From positions 96,001 through 160,000 of the forward strand of contig CAVUQH010000005.1 in assembly GCA_963743525.1 (NCBI GenBank): a DNA stretch of 64,000 bases, given 5' to 3'. Each line of letters starts with the position of its first letter. The first letter of the stretch is position 1. Below, in pieces: positions 33,788 to 45,123 of this stretch. The notes beneath the pieces are model-generated. The model did not search any database. It saw only the letters and a program-made list of their open reading frames with translations, and was not told the DNA's origin. The DNA comes from an uncultured delta proteobacterium. Its GTDB lineage: Bacteria; Myxococcota_A; Polyangia; Haliangiales; Haliangiaceae. The translations under genes were made by a program, and so were the position numbers.

Positions 33788-36700
33788 CTACCGCCGGGAG
33801 CGGCGCGGGCGCAAGCCCGCGAACACGAATGCGAGCAGCAGCAGGGTGCCGCCGCGCGGCCCGCTGCCGTGACCGGTGTCGCAGCAACCGCCGTCGTCGC
33901 CGCCACCACTGGCCGGGCTGCCGAAGCCGATCGGAACCGCCAGGTTGCCGGTGTTGTGGTCGTCGTGGTGGAAGCTGGCCCAGTCGACGCGGCCGTCTGT
34001 CTTGCCCTGGGTGTTCCACACGTACAGCCAGCCCTCGCGGCTGGCCACCGCCACCTCGAGGGTGCCGTCGCCGTCGAGATCACCGACCGCTGGCGACGAG
34101 ATGATCCAGCCACCGGTGAACTTGGGCCAACCGGCCGGCTGCTCACCGTCGGCGTTCCACGCCCGCAGGTAGTAGCCGCCGGAGCCCGACAGCACCTCCG
34201 GCTTGCCGTCGCCGTCGACGTCGGCGACCGCCGGGTTCATGAAGAACTGGTGGTCGTCGGCGCGCTGGGGGAACCCCGGCAGGTACTGCAGGGTCTTGGT
34301 GTTCCATGCACCTACATGGTGGTCGATGTTGACCCGTCCGCCGGAGCTGGCGAACGCCTCGGCGAAGCCGATGCCGGCGCCGCCCCAGACGATGTCGATG
34401 GTGCCGTCGTTGTCCAGGTCGCCGGCGCTGCCGTCGGCGATGGCGACGAACGATGGGATGTCGTCGGAGTTGGAGTTGGGGCCGTACGGGTCGTTGCTGA
34501 CGGTCCCCACCAGGGTGCCGTCGCCGCGGATCATCGTCGGCAGGCCGACGATGCCGGCGACCGCGACGTCAACCGTGCCGTCGCCGTCGAAGTCGGCCAT
34601 GACCGGCGAGTTGGGCAGGCCGTTGCCGACCGCCGGCAGCACCGACACGGTGGTCAGGCTGCGCGGCCAGCCGGGCAGGATCGAGCCGTCGGGGTCGAGG
34701 GCGTACTCGCGGCCGCGGCCGGCGTAGTCCTCGTTGGTGCCGACGACGATCTCGGGGGCGCCGTCGCCGTCGATGTCGCCCAGCGCCGGCGTCTGAATGA
34801 TCCGCCGCGCCTGGTCGCCGTCCGACAACAGCACCGGCCAGCCGGCCATCGGTGTGCCGTCGTGGTGCCAGACGTAAACGTGGGCGTCCAGCGCCGCGAC
34901 GATGATCTCCAGGGTGCCGTCACCGTCGAGGTCGCCCAGCACCGGAGCGGCGAAGACGCCTGAGTCGAGGGTGTGGTTGTCGTCGGTGCTGGCGACGAAC
35001 GACCGGTCGAGAGTGACCGGGAAGCCGTCGCGCAGGCTGCCGTCGGCGCCCCACGCGAACACCTCTCCCTCGAACGTGGCGGCGACGATGCTCGGCCCCT
35101 CCGGCCCATCGCCGTCGAGGTCGCCGATCGCGGGCGCCTGCAGGACGAAGCTCTTGGGATCGGGATCGACCCCGCCCGTGGTCATCGCCGCGGTGCCGCG
35201 GTGGTTGTTGGCGTTGGACTCGCGGAAGTGGCTGATGGTCGGGAAATGCTGCGGCCAGCCCGGCTTCTCGGCGCCGTCGCCGTCGAACACGTGGATGGTG
35301 CCGCCGCCATCGGCGTAGACCAGCTCCATGGCGCCGTCGCCGTCGAGATCGGTGATCTTGGGCGAAGACTCGCCGCCGCCGTCGAGGCGGACGGGGAAGC
35401 CGGGGCGCAGATCGGGATCGTGCTGGATGTGGAAGGCGTGGCGGATCTCGCCCTGGGTTCCGTCGCGGGTCGAGTCGCTCGAGTGCAGGGTCACCCGCAC
35501 CCGGACCGTGACCATATAGCGGTTCACGTCGACGTCCGGCTCGGGCATGGTCGGGTTGTCGATCTCCAGGTTGGAGATGTCCCAGGTGGCCAGGGTGCCG
35601 TCGATCGGCTGGGTCTCGCCGGTGCCCTCGGCCAGGGTGGTCCAGTCCTCGGGGAACGGCTCGATGCCCGGCGCCCACTCGACGACGTAGTCGTACGAGT
35701 CGAACAGCGCGGGGCGGTAGGAGATGGTGCCGACCAGGTCGACCGACGGCGTCTGCGTCGGATCGAGCACCTGGAACCAGTCCGGCTGGCGGACGTCGAC
35801 CACTGGCGGAATCCGCCCGGCGAGCACGGCGTCGACCGCGTTGCGGGTGTTGGTGCGGCCGTAGCCGAACCGCTTCTCCCAGCCGACGTAGGTCTCGTAC
35901 TTGCTCGGGTCGCTGGCGTCGTTGGGATCGTAGATGTCGTTGACGGTGGTCAAGAGCAGCTGCTTGATCTCCTCGCCGCTGAGCAGCCGCGAGCCGATGG
36001 CGTCGGTCGGCGCCAGCTGGCCGCCGGCCGGATCCAGGCCGGCCTGCAGCGCCGCCGACTGCACCAGGCCGACGATGCCCGAGGTCTTGCCGGTGGCCTC
36101 CGACGAGCAGGCGGTGCCCGGCGTTGACAGCAGCAGCTGCGCGCCGTAGTTGGTGCAGTTGTTGAACGCCAGGAACGTGGTCGACGCGTCGCGGCTGGTC
36201 TTGTCGTAGGTGATGGCGTGGACGTAGATGGTGTGGTCCACGGAGCCGGGCAGGTTGGCGTGGAAGCTGTCCTCGTCGGCCGCCGACGCGACCACGGCCA
36301 CGTTCTGCTTCCACGCGTAGTCGATCGCCTCCTTGGCCAGCGGCGGGTTGTTGATGGCGCCCAGCGCCTCCTGGATGATCGCCGCGCCCGAGTTGACGGC
36401 GAAGATCGCGGCCACGCCGAAGTCGTTGGCGTCGACCACGAACGAGTCGCCGGCGCGGACCATCATGATCGTGCACTCGGGGCAGACGCCGGCGTCGGAG
36501 ATGCCGTTGTCGGTCTCGGCGGCCGAGTCCTTGGCCTCGCCGGTGCCGTGGCCGAAGTCGGTGTCGTCGGCCGGGTCGTTGTCGTCGCGGAAGGCGTCCC
36601 AGCCGCTGATGTCGTTGACCCAGCCGTTGCCGTCGGTGTCGATGGTGTCGGACCAGAGCATGATCAGGTCCTCGGGATCGAGCAGCCCGTTGCCGTTGGC

Positions 36701-37213
36701 GTCCGACAGCCCCGGGTCGCAGATGGTGTCGGGCGTGGGCAGCTGGTGGCCGGTGGCGGTGGTGTAGTCCTGGATGTTGAAGTAGCCGTCGCCGTTGACG
36801 TCGTACGGATCGGTGCCGGCGGCGACCCCGCAGGCCGCGTCGGGCACCGGCAGCTCACCGCGGTTGAGGTAGAACTTGTTGACCAGGTCGCGCTCGTTCC
36901 AGCGGATGCCCGAGTCGAGCACGGCGATGACCACCCGGCGGTCGCCGATGGTCTTCTGCCAGGCGCGGTCGGCGTGCATGCCGGCGCCGATCGACTGCTC
37001 GTAGTCGCTGACCTTGCCGACGTTGGCGTCGGGCATCCAGCTCCACAGATTCCACTGCCCGGCGTAGCCCGGATCGTCGGGCCAGTTGTTCGGGTCTTTC
37101 ATGTCGGCGCCGTCGGCGGGTGGCCAGCCAGCATGGGCCGGGCGGGCGCCGAGCGCGGCTCCCACCAACACGGCCGTGAACGCGATTTGGCGAATCCAGG
37201 TCGTTGTACGCAC
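33788..37213 (-). CDS. Secreted S8 (subtilase-like) peptidase with FG-GAP repeats and MYXO-CTERM-like tail
   Basis: [12 protein letters not shown], many GDLDGDG repeats, tail GGCC...[27 protein letters not shown] before GTG 37213. Confidence 0.88.
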   Translation of the reverse strand: MRTTTWIRQIAFTAVLVGAALGARPAHAGWPPADGADMKDPNNWPDDPGYAGQWNLWSWMPDANVGKVSDYEQSIGAGMHADRAWQKTIGDRRVVIAVLDSGIRWNERDLVNKFYLNRGELPVPDAACGVAAGTDPYDVNGDGYFNIQDYTTATGHQLPTPDTICDPGLSDANGNGLLDPEDLIMLWSDTIDTDGNGWVNDISGWDAFRDDNDPADDTDFGHGTGEAKDSAAETDNGISDAGVCPECTIMMVRAGDSFVVDANDFGVAAIFAVNSGAAIIQEALGAINNPPLAKEAIDYAWKQNVAVVASAADEDSFHANLPGSVDHTIYVHAITYDKTSRDASTTFLAFNNCTNYGAQLLLSTPGTACSSEATGKTSGIVGLVQSAALQAGLDPAGGQLAPTDAIGSRLLSGEEIKQLLLTTVNDIYDPNDASDPSKYETYVGWEKRFGYGRTNTRNAVDAVLAGRIPPVVDVRQPDWFQVLDPTQTPSVDLVGTISYRPALFDSYDYVVEWAPGIEPFPEDWTTLAEGTGETQPIDGTLATWDISNLEIDNPTMPEPDVDVNRYMVTVRVRVTLHSSDSTRDGTQGEIRHAFHIQHDPDLRPGFPVRLDGGGESSPKITDLDGDGAMELVYADGGGTIHVFDGDGAEKPGWPQHFPTISHFRESNANNHRGTAAMTTGGVDPDPKSFVLQAPAIGDLDGDGPEGPSIVAATFEGEVFAWGADGSLRDGFPVTLDRSFVASTDDNHTLDSGVFAAPVLGDLDGDGTLEIIVAALDAHVYVWHHDGTPMAGWPVLLSDGDQARRIIQTPALGDIDGDGAPEIVVGTNEDYAGRGREYALDPDGSILPGWPRSLTTVSVLPAVGNGLPNSPVMADFDGDGTVDVAVAGIVGLPTMIRGDGTLVGTVSNDPYGPNSNSDDIPSFVAIADGSAGDLDNDGTIDIVWGGAGIGFAEAFASSGGRVNIDHHVGAWNTKTLQYLPGFPQRADDHQFFMNPAVADVDGDGKPEVLSGSGGYYLRAWNADGEQPAGWPKFTGGWIISSPAVGDLDGDGTLEVAVASREGWLYVWNTQGKTDGRVDWASFHHDDHNTGNLAVPIGFGSPASGGGDDGGCCDTGHGSGPRGGTLLLLAFVFAGLRPRRSRR

Positions 37214-37317
37214 GCTTACTCCCCTTGCTGCCGCGGGGAGTCTTGCACGCGGCGCTCGATTCCCACAATCCCGAATGTTGCCCGCGAGATCCGCCGGTGT
37301 TACCCACGGGAGACACC

Positions 37318-38934
37318 ATGGCGGACCAGGCTCCGACACCCGACAAGCCCGCAGCGGCCAGCGAGGCCCGGCAGGCCGGCCGCGGGGTCATCTACATCGC
37401 TCTGGCGAAGCTCTACTTCATGATCGCCGGCGCGATCATCGAGTTCCGCTTGCCGGCGATCCTGGCCAACACGGTCTTCGGCGCCTACGCGGTGGTCGCC
37501 TCGATGGTGTCGCCGCTCAACAACGTGTTGATCACCGGCACCATCCAGTCGGTGAGCCGGTTCACCGCGCGCGATGCGTCGCAGGCGCGCGCCGTGCAGC
37601 GGGCCGGCTTCCGCATGCAGCTGTGGATCGGTCTGCCGGTGGCGGCGCTGTTCATCGCCCTGGCGCCGGTCTTCGCCTGGTTCTTCCACGACCCGTCCAA
37701 GACCGGCCCGCTCATGCTCGCCGGTCTCATCGTCGCCGGCTACGCGCTGTACGCGGTGATGATCGGCGTGGCCAACGGGCGCCGCGACTTCCACAAGCAG
37801 GCGGCCCTGGACGTGACCATGGCGACGCTGCGCGCGGCCGGCATCCTCGGGCTGTCGATCGCCGGCTTCGGCCTGTACGGCGCCATCGGCGGCTGGTTGG
37901 GCGCCACCGGCGGCATCCTCCTGGTGTCGACGCTGGTCATCGGGCTGCCCGGCCGCCGGGCCGAGGGCGAAGAGGTCCAGCCGGTAAAGCCGCTGGCGTC
38001 GTTCTTCGCCGGCGTCGCCGTCTATCTGATCCTCCTCAACCTGCTGATGTTCGTCGACCAGCTGCTGCTCAAGCGGCTGATCACCGAGTGGTTCAGCGCC
38101 CACGCCGCGCAGTGCAAGGACGCCCTCGACAAGATGATCGGCTGGGCCCACGTGCACATCGAGACCAGCCCGGCCGAGCTGGCCGACGGTCAGGTCGGCT
38201 ACTACCGCGCGGTGCAGAACCTGGCGCGGTTGTCGTATCAGGCGATCATCGCGGTGACCTTCGTCGTCTTCCCGCTGATCTCGCGGTCCACGTTCGCCGA
38301 CGACCGCGACGCGACCAAGCGCTACATCGCCACCACGATGCGCTACTCGCTGATCTTCGCCGCGGCCATCGCGGTGGTGTTCGCCGCCAACCCGCAGCCG
38401 TTGCTCGACATCCCGTACGCCGCCGACTACGCCCGGGTGGGCGCCCCGGCGCTGGCCGCGCTGGCGCTGGGCAACGTCGCCTTCTCGGTCTTCGCCATCA
38501 TCGGCACCATTCTCAACGGCGCCGGGCTGACCCGCTCGGCGATCATCGTCGCCGGCGTGACCCTGGCCGTCGCGGTGACGGCCAACGCGATCGTCATTCC
38601 CCGCTTCGACCCGGGACAGGACGTGCTCCTGGCCTGCGCCTGCGCCACCGGCGGGTCGATGCTGCTGGGCGCCGTCCTCGGTGGCTGGCTGCTGCGCGCT
38701 CACCTGGGCGCGTTCATGCCGCCGCTCACCCTGGTCCGCGTGGTCCTGGCCGGCGCCGCCGCCATCGCGGTCGGGCGAGTCATTCCGTTCACCCGCCCGC
38801 TGATGACCCTGGTCGAGGCGTGTGCCGTCGGGCTGACGTTCCTGGTGGTTCTCGTCGTCACCCGCGAGCTGACGCTGGGCGACCTGCGCGCGGTTCGCGA
38901 GGTCGTCGGCGGCAAGGGAGGAGGCAAAGCGTGA
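37318..38934 (+). CDS. MOP-superfamily flippase (Wzx/MurJ-like)
   Basis: About 12-14 TM helices; FGAYAVV, VGYYRAV, TILNGAG motifs. Confidence 0.8.
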   Translation: MADQAPTPDKPAAASEARQAGRGVIYIALAKLYFMIAGAIIEFRLPAILANTVFGAYAVVASMVSPLNNVLITGTIQSVSRFTARDASQARAVQRAGFRMQLWIGLPVAALFIALAPVFAWFFHDPSKTGPLMLAGLIVAGYALYAVMIGVANGRRDFHKQAALDVTMATLRAAGILGLSIAGFGLYGAIGGWLGATGGILLVSTLVIGLPGRRAEGEEVQPVKPLASFFAGVAVYLILLNLLMFVDQLLLKRLITEWFSAHAAQCKDALDKMIGWAHVHIETSPAELADGQVGYYRAVQNLARLSYQAIIAVTFVVFPLISRSTFADDRDATKRYIATTMRYSLIFAAAIAVVFAANPQPLLDIPYAADYARVGAPALAALALGNVAFSVFAIIGTILNGAGLTRSAIIVAGVTLAVAVTANAIVIPRFDPGQDVLLACACATGGSMLLGAVLGGWLLRAHLGAFMPPLTLVRVVLAGAAAIAVGRVIPFTRPLMTLVEACAVGLTFLVVLVVTRELTLGDLRAVREVVGGKGGGKA

Positions 38935-39398
38935 ACAAGCTGATGCTCATCGTCGCCCTCGGGCTGGTCGCTCCGGCCTGCATCTCACGGGCCGATCGCG
39001 CCGAGAATTTCATGGTCTCCATGCGCGGCTACAACGACGGCATCCGCTGGCAGCGCTTCGCCGCCGCCGCCTCGGCGGTGCCGGCCGCCGAGCGGGACGA
39101 CTTCCTCGACGAGCGCGCCGATCTGGAAAAGGAGCTGCGCATCGACGACTGGGAGCTGCTCCGGGTCCACTACGAGGGCGCAGAGCTGCAGCGGGCCGAG
39201 GTCCGGGTTCGCTACACCTGGCACATGGACCGGGTCGGAACCGTCAACGAGACCACCACCGTCCAGTCGTGGGAGCGGCGGGGCAAGCACTGGGTGATTG
39301 CCGAGGAAGTGCGCGCCACGGGCCCAGAAATGCCAGGGGTCGCGGAACCGCCGCCAGAGGCCGCCGACGCCCGCGGAAGCGCTCCGCGCGACAGATAG
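38931..39398 (+). CDS. Hypothetical lipoprotein
   Basis: GTGA overlap; lipobox LVAPA-C; YNDGIRW. Confidence 0.7.
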   Translation: MNKLMLIVALGLVAPACISRADRAENFMVSMRGYNDGIRWQRFAAAASAVPAAERDDFLDERADLEKELRIDDWELLRVHYEGAELQRAEVRVRYTWHMDRVGTVNETTTVQSWERRGKHWVIAEEVRATGPEMPGVAEPPPEAADARGSAPRDR

Positions 39399-39452
39399 CC
39401 GGTCCGGTCGCCCCCCGCTGCGAAATATCGTAGAATCTCCATCAGTTCTGCG

Positions 39453-42400
39453 ATGAGCTTCGTCGAGCGGGGACAGGCGATGGTCACCCGCGGCCAGTAC
39501 CAGGAGGCAGTAAAGACCTGTCGTCTTGGGCTCTTGGCCGCCCCGACCAATGTCGAGGGACGCCTGGTCCTGGGCAGGGCCCTCGTAGCCTTGCGCCGTT
39601 ACGACGAGGTGCTCGCCGAAATGCGCGTCGCGCTGGAGGTCGATCCGGCCAACGCCGATGCTCTGGCGCTGCGCGGCGAGGCGCTGTTGCGCAAGGGCGA
39701 CGCGCTGCAGGCGTCCGACGTGCTGCACCAGGCGTCGGTGCTGTCGCCGGGCAGCGCGGCGATCGCCAACCTGCTGCAGGAGGCCGAGATCGCCTCGGCG
39801 GCAGCGGGCGGCGGCTTCGGCTCGTTCGACAACGTCGCCGACAGCATGACCAAGCACTACCCGGCGCACCGCGGCTTCGGCAGCGCCACGCCCGACTCCA
39901 AGTCGGTGACCAAGCCGAACGACGCCACTGCCGTGGGCGGTACGCCGGCGCCGCCGATGGACGAGGCGGCGCTCGCCGTCGGCGACCGCTCGGGCACCAT
40001 CGAGCTCGACCCCGATCTCGAAGGGGTCGAGATGGTCACCGACGACGACATCGGGCCGGCCATCGGGCCGCCGATCCAGGCCGCCGATTCGGTGACGGCG
40101 ATGGCGGTCAGCGAGGACTCCGAGGTGATGGAGCTGTCGTCGATGGACATCCTGCCCGACAGCCGCGCGGGGCGGCTGCCGGGGGCGCAGCCGAGCGCCG
40201 CCGACGATCCGACCAACGCCGCCTATCGCCGCGGCCGGCTGGACGACTTTCACGACGACGCGCCGACGGTGGCGCGCGACGGCGCCTCGCCCGGCGGCGG
40301 CTTCACCGGTGTGGGCACCGCGCCCGAGAGCCCGCGCAGCAAGCCGATGCCGGCGCTGGAGCGCGGCGACCCGTCGGCCCTGGTCCGCTCGGCCAAGGCG
40401 ATCGACGAGCTGTTCCCCGAAGACGAGTCGGGGGTATCCAAGCTGGAGATCATCGATCCGGGGCGCGGCCGTCTGGCGCCCGCGGTGCTGGTCGACGAGG
40501 ACGGTCCGCCGCGCGCCCGCAGCGAGGACATGCGGGTGATTCGCGCCGGACTGGGGATCGACGCGACCACCAGCGGCAACCGCAAGCGCCCGCCGCTGAG
40601 CCGGAAGAAGGCGCCGCTGCCGCGTCCGTCGGCTGCTCAGAGCAAGGCTGCCGACGCGCGCCACGACGAGACCGACTACGTGCGCGGGCTCAAGGGCACG
40701 CCGCGACCGGCGCGGCGCAAGGTGCCCGAGGTCGACCAGACCATCGGTGTCCGCCGGCGGCGCAAGCGCTCGCCGATGATCTACGTCTACCTGTTCCTGG
40801 CGCTGGCAGTCGGCGCCGGCTCGGTGGTGCTGGGGCTGATGTGGCGCAACCAGCGCCGCCAGCAGCAGATCGGCGAGGCCGAGCGCGCGGCCGATCGGGT
40901 GGCGCGCAAGGACACCTACGACGCCTACCTCGAGGCATCGCGCATCGAGCACGAGATCCAGAAGATCGACGACACCCCGGAGACGCGGGCCGCCTCCGCC
41001 CGCGCCGACGCCGCGCTGGCCGCCGAGTTCGGCGACGGCCGCGACAAAGTCGGCACGCTGGTCAGCGGCCTGGCGCACTCCAACCTGGCCGACGCCCTGG
41101 CCGCGCGCGCGTATGCCGCCATCGCCGAGGCCGACGTCGACGGCGCCACCAGAGCCGCCGAGGAGCTGGCGGCCAAGCACGGCAAGGATCCGATGGCCGC
41201 CTACCTGCGCGGGCGCGCCGCGCTGCTGGCCGACAAACCGGAGGCCGCCGCCGACGCCTTCCGCGCTGCGCTCGAGGTCAACCCGCGGCCGATGGTGTTC
41301 GTCGGCCTGGGCCTGGCCGAGGAGGCGCGGGGCAAGCCACACGAGGCGATCGCCGCCTTCGACCGCGCCCTGGGGCTGGTGCCCGGCCACCCGGAGGCGA
41401 CCATCCATCGGGCCCGGGTCGCGGCTCGTTCCGGCCAGGTCGACGACCCGGCGGCGCTCGCCGCCACGCTCGAGCAGCTGGCCGCCGGTCAGGTCAAGGG
41501 CGTGTCGGTCTCGCCCGAGGAGCGGGCGTGGGCGGCGCTATCGCTGTCCGAGATCGAGCTGGCCGCGGGCAAGATCGCCGACGCCGGCAAGGCGCTCGAG
41601 CAGGCGACGGCCAACCGCCCGCCGGCCAGCTGGCCGTTCACCGAGGCGCTGATCCGCGGGCTGGTCCGCCTGGGTCGAACCGACGATGCCCTCGCCGAGG
41701 TCGAGCGGGCGCGCAAGGAGTTCCCCAATCGCGCCGAGCCGGTGGTCTTCCTCGCCCGCCTGGCGCTGGAGAAGCGCGACGCCACCGGCGCGATGAAGAC
41801 GCTCGAGGCCGCCGGCGACATCAGCAAGAACGCCGAGGCGCTGGCGGTGCGCGGGCGCGCGCACCTGGCGCTCGACCAGGTTGACAAAGCCACCGTGGAC
41901 CTGGACGCCGCGCTCGAGCTCGATCCCGATCTGCGCGAGGCCAAGGTCGCGCGCGCGCGGGTCTACCTGCGCACCGGCGAGGCCAAGGTCGCCGCCGACA
42001 TGCTCGAGCCGCTGTACCAGCCGGACAGCCCGGTCGACCTGGCGCTGGCCTACGCTGCGGCGCTGCGGCAGATCGATCGCAAGCTCGATGCCCGCGACGT
42101 CTTGCGCCGGCTGGAGAAGCGGCCCGACGCCGGCAGTCGCGTCTTCCTCGAGCTGGCCCGCCTGGAGCGGGCCGAGGGCGACGTGCGCTCGGCCCGCGAG
42201 TACTACACCAAGGCGATCCAGGCCGCGCCCAAGGATGTCCAGCCCCGGCTCGAGGCCGCGATCCTGGCGCTGGACACCGGTGACCGCGCCGGCGCGCGCG
42301 AGGCGATGGACCAGCTGGTCAAGGACGCCCCCGACGACGGCGAGGTGTTGCTCGAGGCGGCCCGGGTGATGGCGATGAGCGGCGCGCCGGACAAGGCCGC

Positions 42401-43121
42401 CGAGCTGGTCGCCCGCGCCGACAAGAACCCGACCGCGCCGCGGTGGAAGGTCGCGCGCGAGCGGGGCCGGGTGCTGATCAAGCAGGCGCAGTACGAGGCC
42501 GCCGTCACCGCGCTGGAGAACGCGGTCAGCCTCGAGCCGACCGATGGCGAGTCGCGGCTGCTGCTCATCGACGCGCACCTCTACCGCGAGGACGAGCCGG
42601 CGGCGCGCACCGTGTTGCGCGGCATCCTCAAGGCGTTCCCCAACGGCGCCGAAGCTCACCTGGCCAAGGGGCGCCTCGATCTGTACAAAGACCGCGTTGC
42701 CGAGGCGCTGGCGTCGTTCAAGAAGGCGCGCAAGGTGCTCGAGGCCGAGCGCGCCAGCCCGCGCCAGCTGGCCGACGCCGCCCAGTGGCTGGGGCGCGTC
42801 TACTATTGGGACGAGAAGTTCGACGCCGCCCGGCGCTCGCTCAAGGAGGCGGTCACCCTCGACCCCAGCCACCCGGACGCCTACTACTTCCTCGGCCTGG
42901 TCGAGCTCGACTCGCACCACAACAACTCGGCGATGAACGCCTTCCAGAAGTCGGTGGACATCGACCCGATGTCCAATCCCGAGGCATGGTTCTACCTGGG
43001 CGAGTCGTCGTTCTTGTCCAAGAAGCGCACGACCAGCCGCAAGGCGTTCGACCACTACCTCGAGATGCGGCCCAAGGGTGACCTGGCCGACGACGCGCGC
43101 AAGCGACTGCGGCAGATGTAG
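39453..43121 (+). CDS. Large TPR-repeat membrane protein (N-terminal TPR, acidic linker, TM, C-terminal TPRs)
   Basis: 1222-aa ORF with repeated A..ALE.DP/AYYFLG motifs and one TM (IYVYLFLALAVGAGSVVLGLMW). Confidence 0.85.
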   Translation: MSFVERGQAMVTRGQYQEAVKTCRLGLLAAPTNVEGRLVLGRALVALRRYDEVLAEMRVALEVDPANADALALRGEALLRKGDALQASDVLHQASVLSPGSAAIANLLQEAEIASAAAGGGFGSFDNVADSMTKHYPAHRGFGSATPDSKSVTKPNDATAVGGTPAPPMDEAALAVGDRSGTIELDPDLEGVEMVTDDDIGPAIGPPIQAADSVTAMAVSEDSEVMELSSMDILPDSRAGRLPGAQPSAADDPTNAAYRRGRLDDFHDDAPTVARDGASPGGGFTGVGTAPESPRSKPMPALERGDPSALVRSAKAIDELFPEDESGVSKLEIIDPGRGRLAPAVLVDEDGPPRARSEDMRVIRAGLGIDATTSGNRKRPPLSRKKAPLPRPSAAQSKAADARHDETDYVRGLKGTPRPARRKVPEVDQTIGVRRRRKRSPMIYVYLFLALAVGAGSVVLGLMWRNQRRQQQIGEAERAADRVARKDTYDAYLEASRIEHEIQKIDDTPETRAASARADAALAAEFGDGRDKVGTLVSGLAHSNLADALAARAYAAIAEADVDGATRAAEELAAKHGKDPMAAYLRGRAALLADKPEAAADAFRAALEVNPRPMVFVGLGLAEEARGKPHEAIAAFDRALGLVPGHPEATIHRARVAARSGQVDDPAALAATLEQLAAGQVKGVSVSPEERAWAALSLSEIELAAGKIADAGKALEQATANRPPASWPFTEALIRGLVRLGRTDDALAEVERARKEFPNRAEPVVFLARLALEKRDATGAMKTLEAAGDISKNAEALAVRGRAHLALDQVDKATVDLDAALELDPDLREAKVARARVYLRTGEAKVAADMLEPLYQPDSPVDLALAYAAALRQIDRKLDARDVLRRLEKRPDAGSRVFLELARLERAEGDVRSAREYYTKAIQAAPKDVQPRLEAAILALDTGDRAGAREAMDQLVKDAPDDGEVLLEAARVMAMSGAPDKAAELVARADKNPTAPRWKVARERGRVLIKQAQYEAAVTALENAVSLEPTDGESRLLLIDAHLYREDEPAARTVLRGILKAFPNGAEAHLAKGRLDLYKDRVAEALASFKKARKVLEAERASPRQLADAAQWLGRVYYWDEKFDAARRSLKEAVTLDPSHPDAYYFLGLVELDSHHNNSAMNAFQKSVDIDPMSNPEAWFYLGESSFLSKKRTTSRKAFDHYLEMRPKGDLADDARKRLRQM

Positions 43122-43130
43122 CGCCAGGCG

Positions 43131-44471
<1,341 letters not shown>

Positions 44472-44573
44472 CCTGTGCTGTACTCAGCGGCCGACCGGCG
44501 ACCTCGTGCCGGCGGCTACTATAGCAGACGCCCTTAATGCGTAGCAAAGTCGAGCAGATGCGTACAGAGGGGC

Positions 44574-44933
44574 TCAGAGACCCTTCTGCTCGCGCTCTTC
44601 CTTGCAGTCGATGCAGAGGGTGGTGACGGGCCGGGCGAGCAGCCGGTCGTAGCCGATCGGCTCGGAGCAGTCCTCGCATTCGTCGATTTCACCCCGCTCG
44701 AGGCGGCCCAGAGCGTCGTCGATCTTGCCCAGGAGGAACTTCTCCCGGTCGTGCAGCCGCAGAGCGGTGGCGTACATCCACTCCTCGGTGCTCTCGTCCA
44801 TGGAGTCCCGGCCGACGGCGTCCCGGTCGCGGTTCATGCTGAGGCCCAGAGCTTGCGCCGCGTTCTCGAGGAGTCGCTTGCGCTCGCTCTCGAGCCGGGT
44901 CTTGAGGGCCTCGGTTTGCTCGCTGGTGAGCAT
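44574..44933 (-). CDS. dksA: DksA/TraR C4-type zinc finger protein
   Basis: Coiled-coil tip DSMDES; CEDC...I..DRL.ARP.TTLCIDC. Confidence 0.85.
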   Translation of the reverse strand: MLTSEQTEALKTRLESERKRLLENAAQALGLSMNRDRDAVGRDSMDESTEEWMYATALRLHDREKFLLGKIDDALGRLERGEIDECEDCSEPIGYDRLLARPVTTLCIDCKEEREQKGL

Positions 44934-45123
44934 GATCGCCCAAAGTGTACGGATCCCAGGAGACAGCCGTCAATACAAAGGGTTGCGGCATTTTTCCCAT
45001 CTGTGCGCCGGCCCGGGGGCCGCCCGCCCGGCGAAATAGACCCCGGCGGCCCCTCGTTCGTTTGCAGGGACGCACCGGCCGTCCGTCCCAACTGCCTGCG
45101 CAGCCCATACCTGGGGGAGCTCC

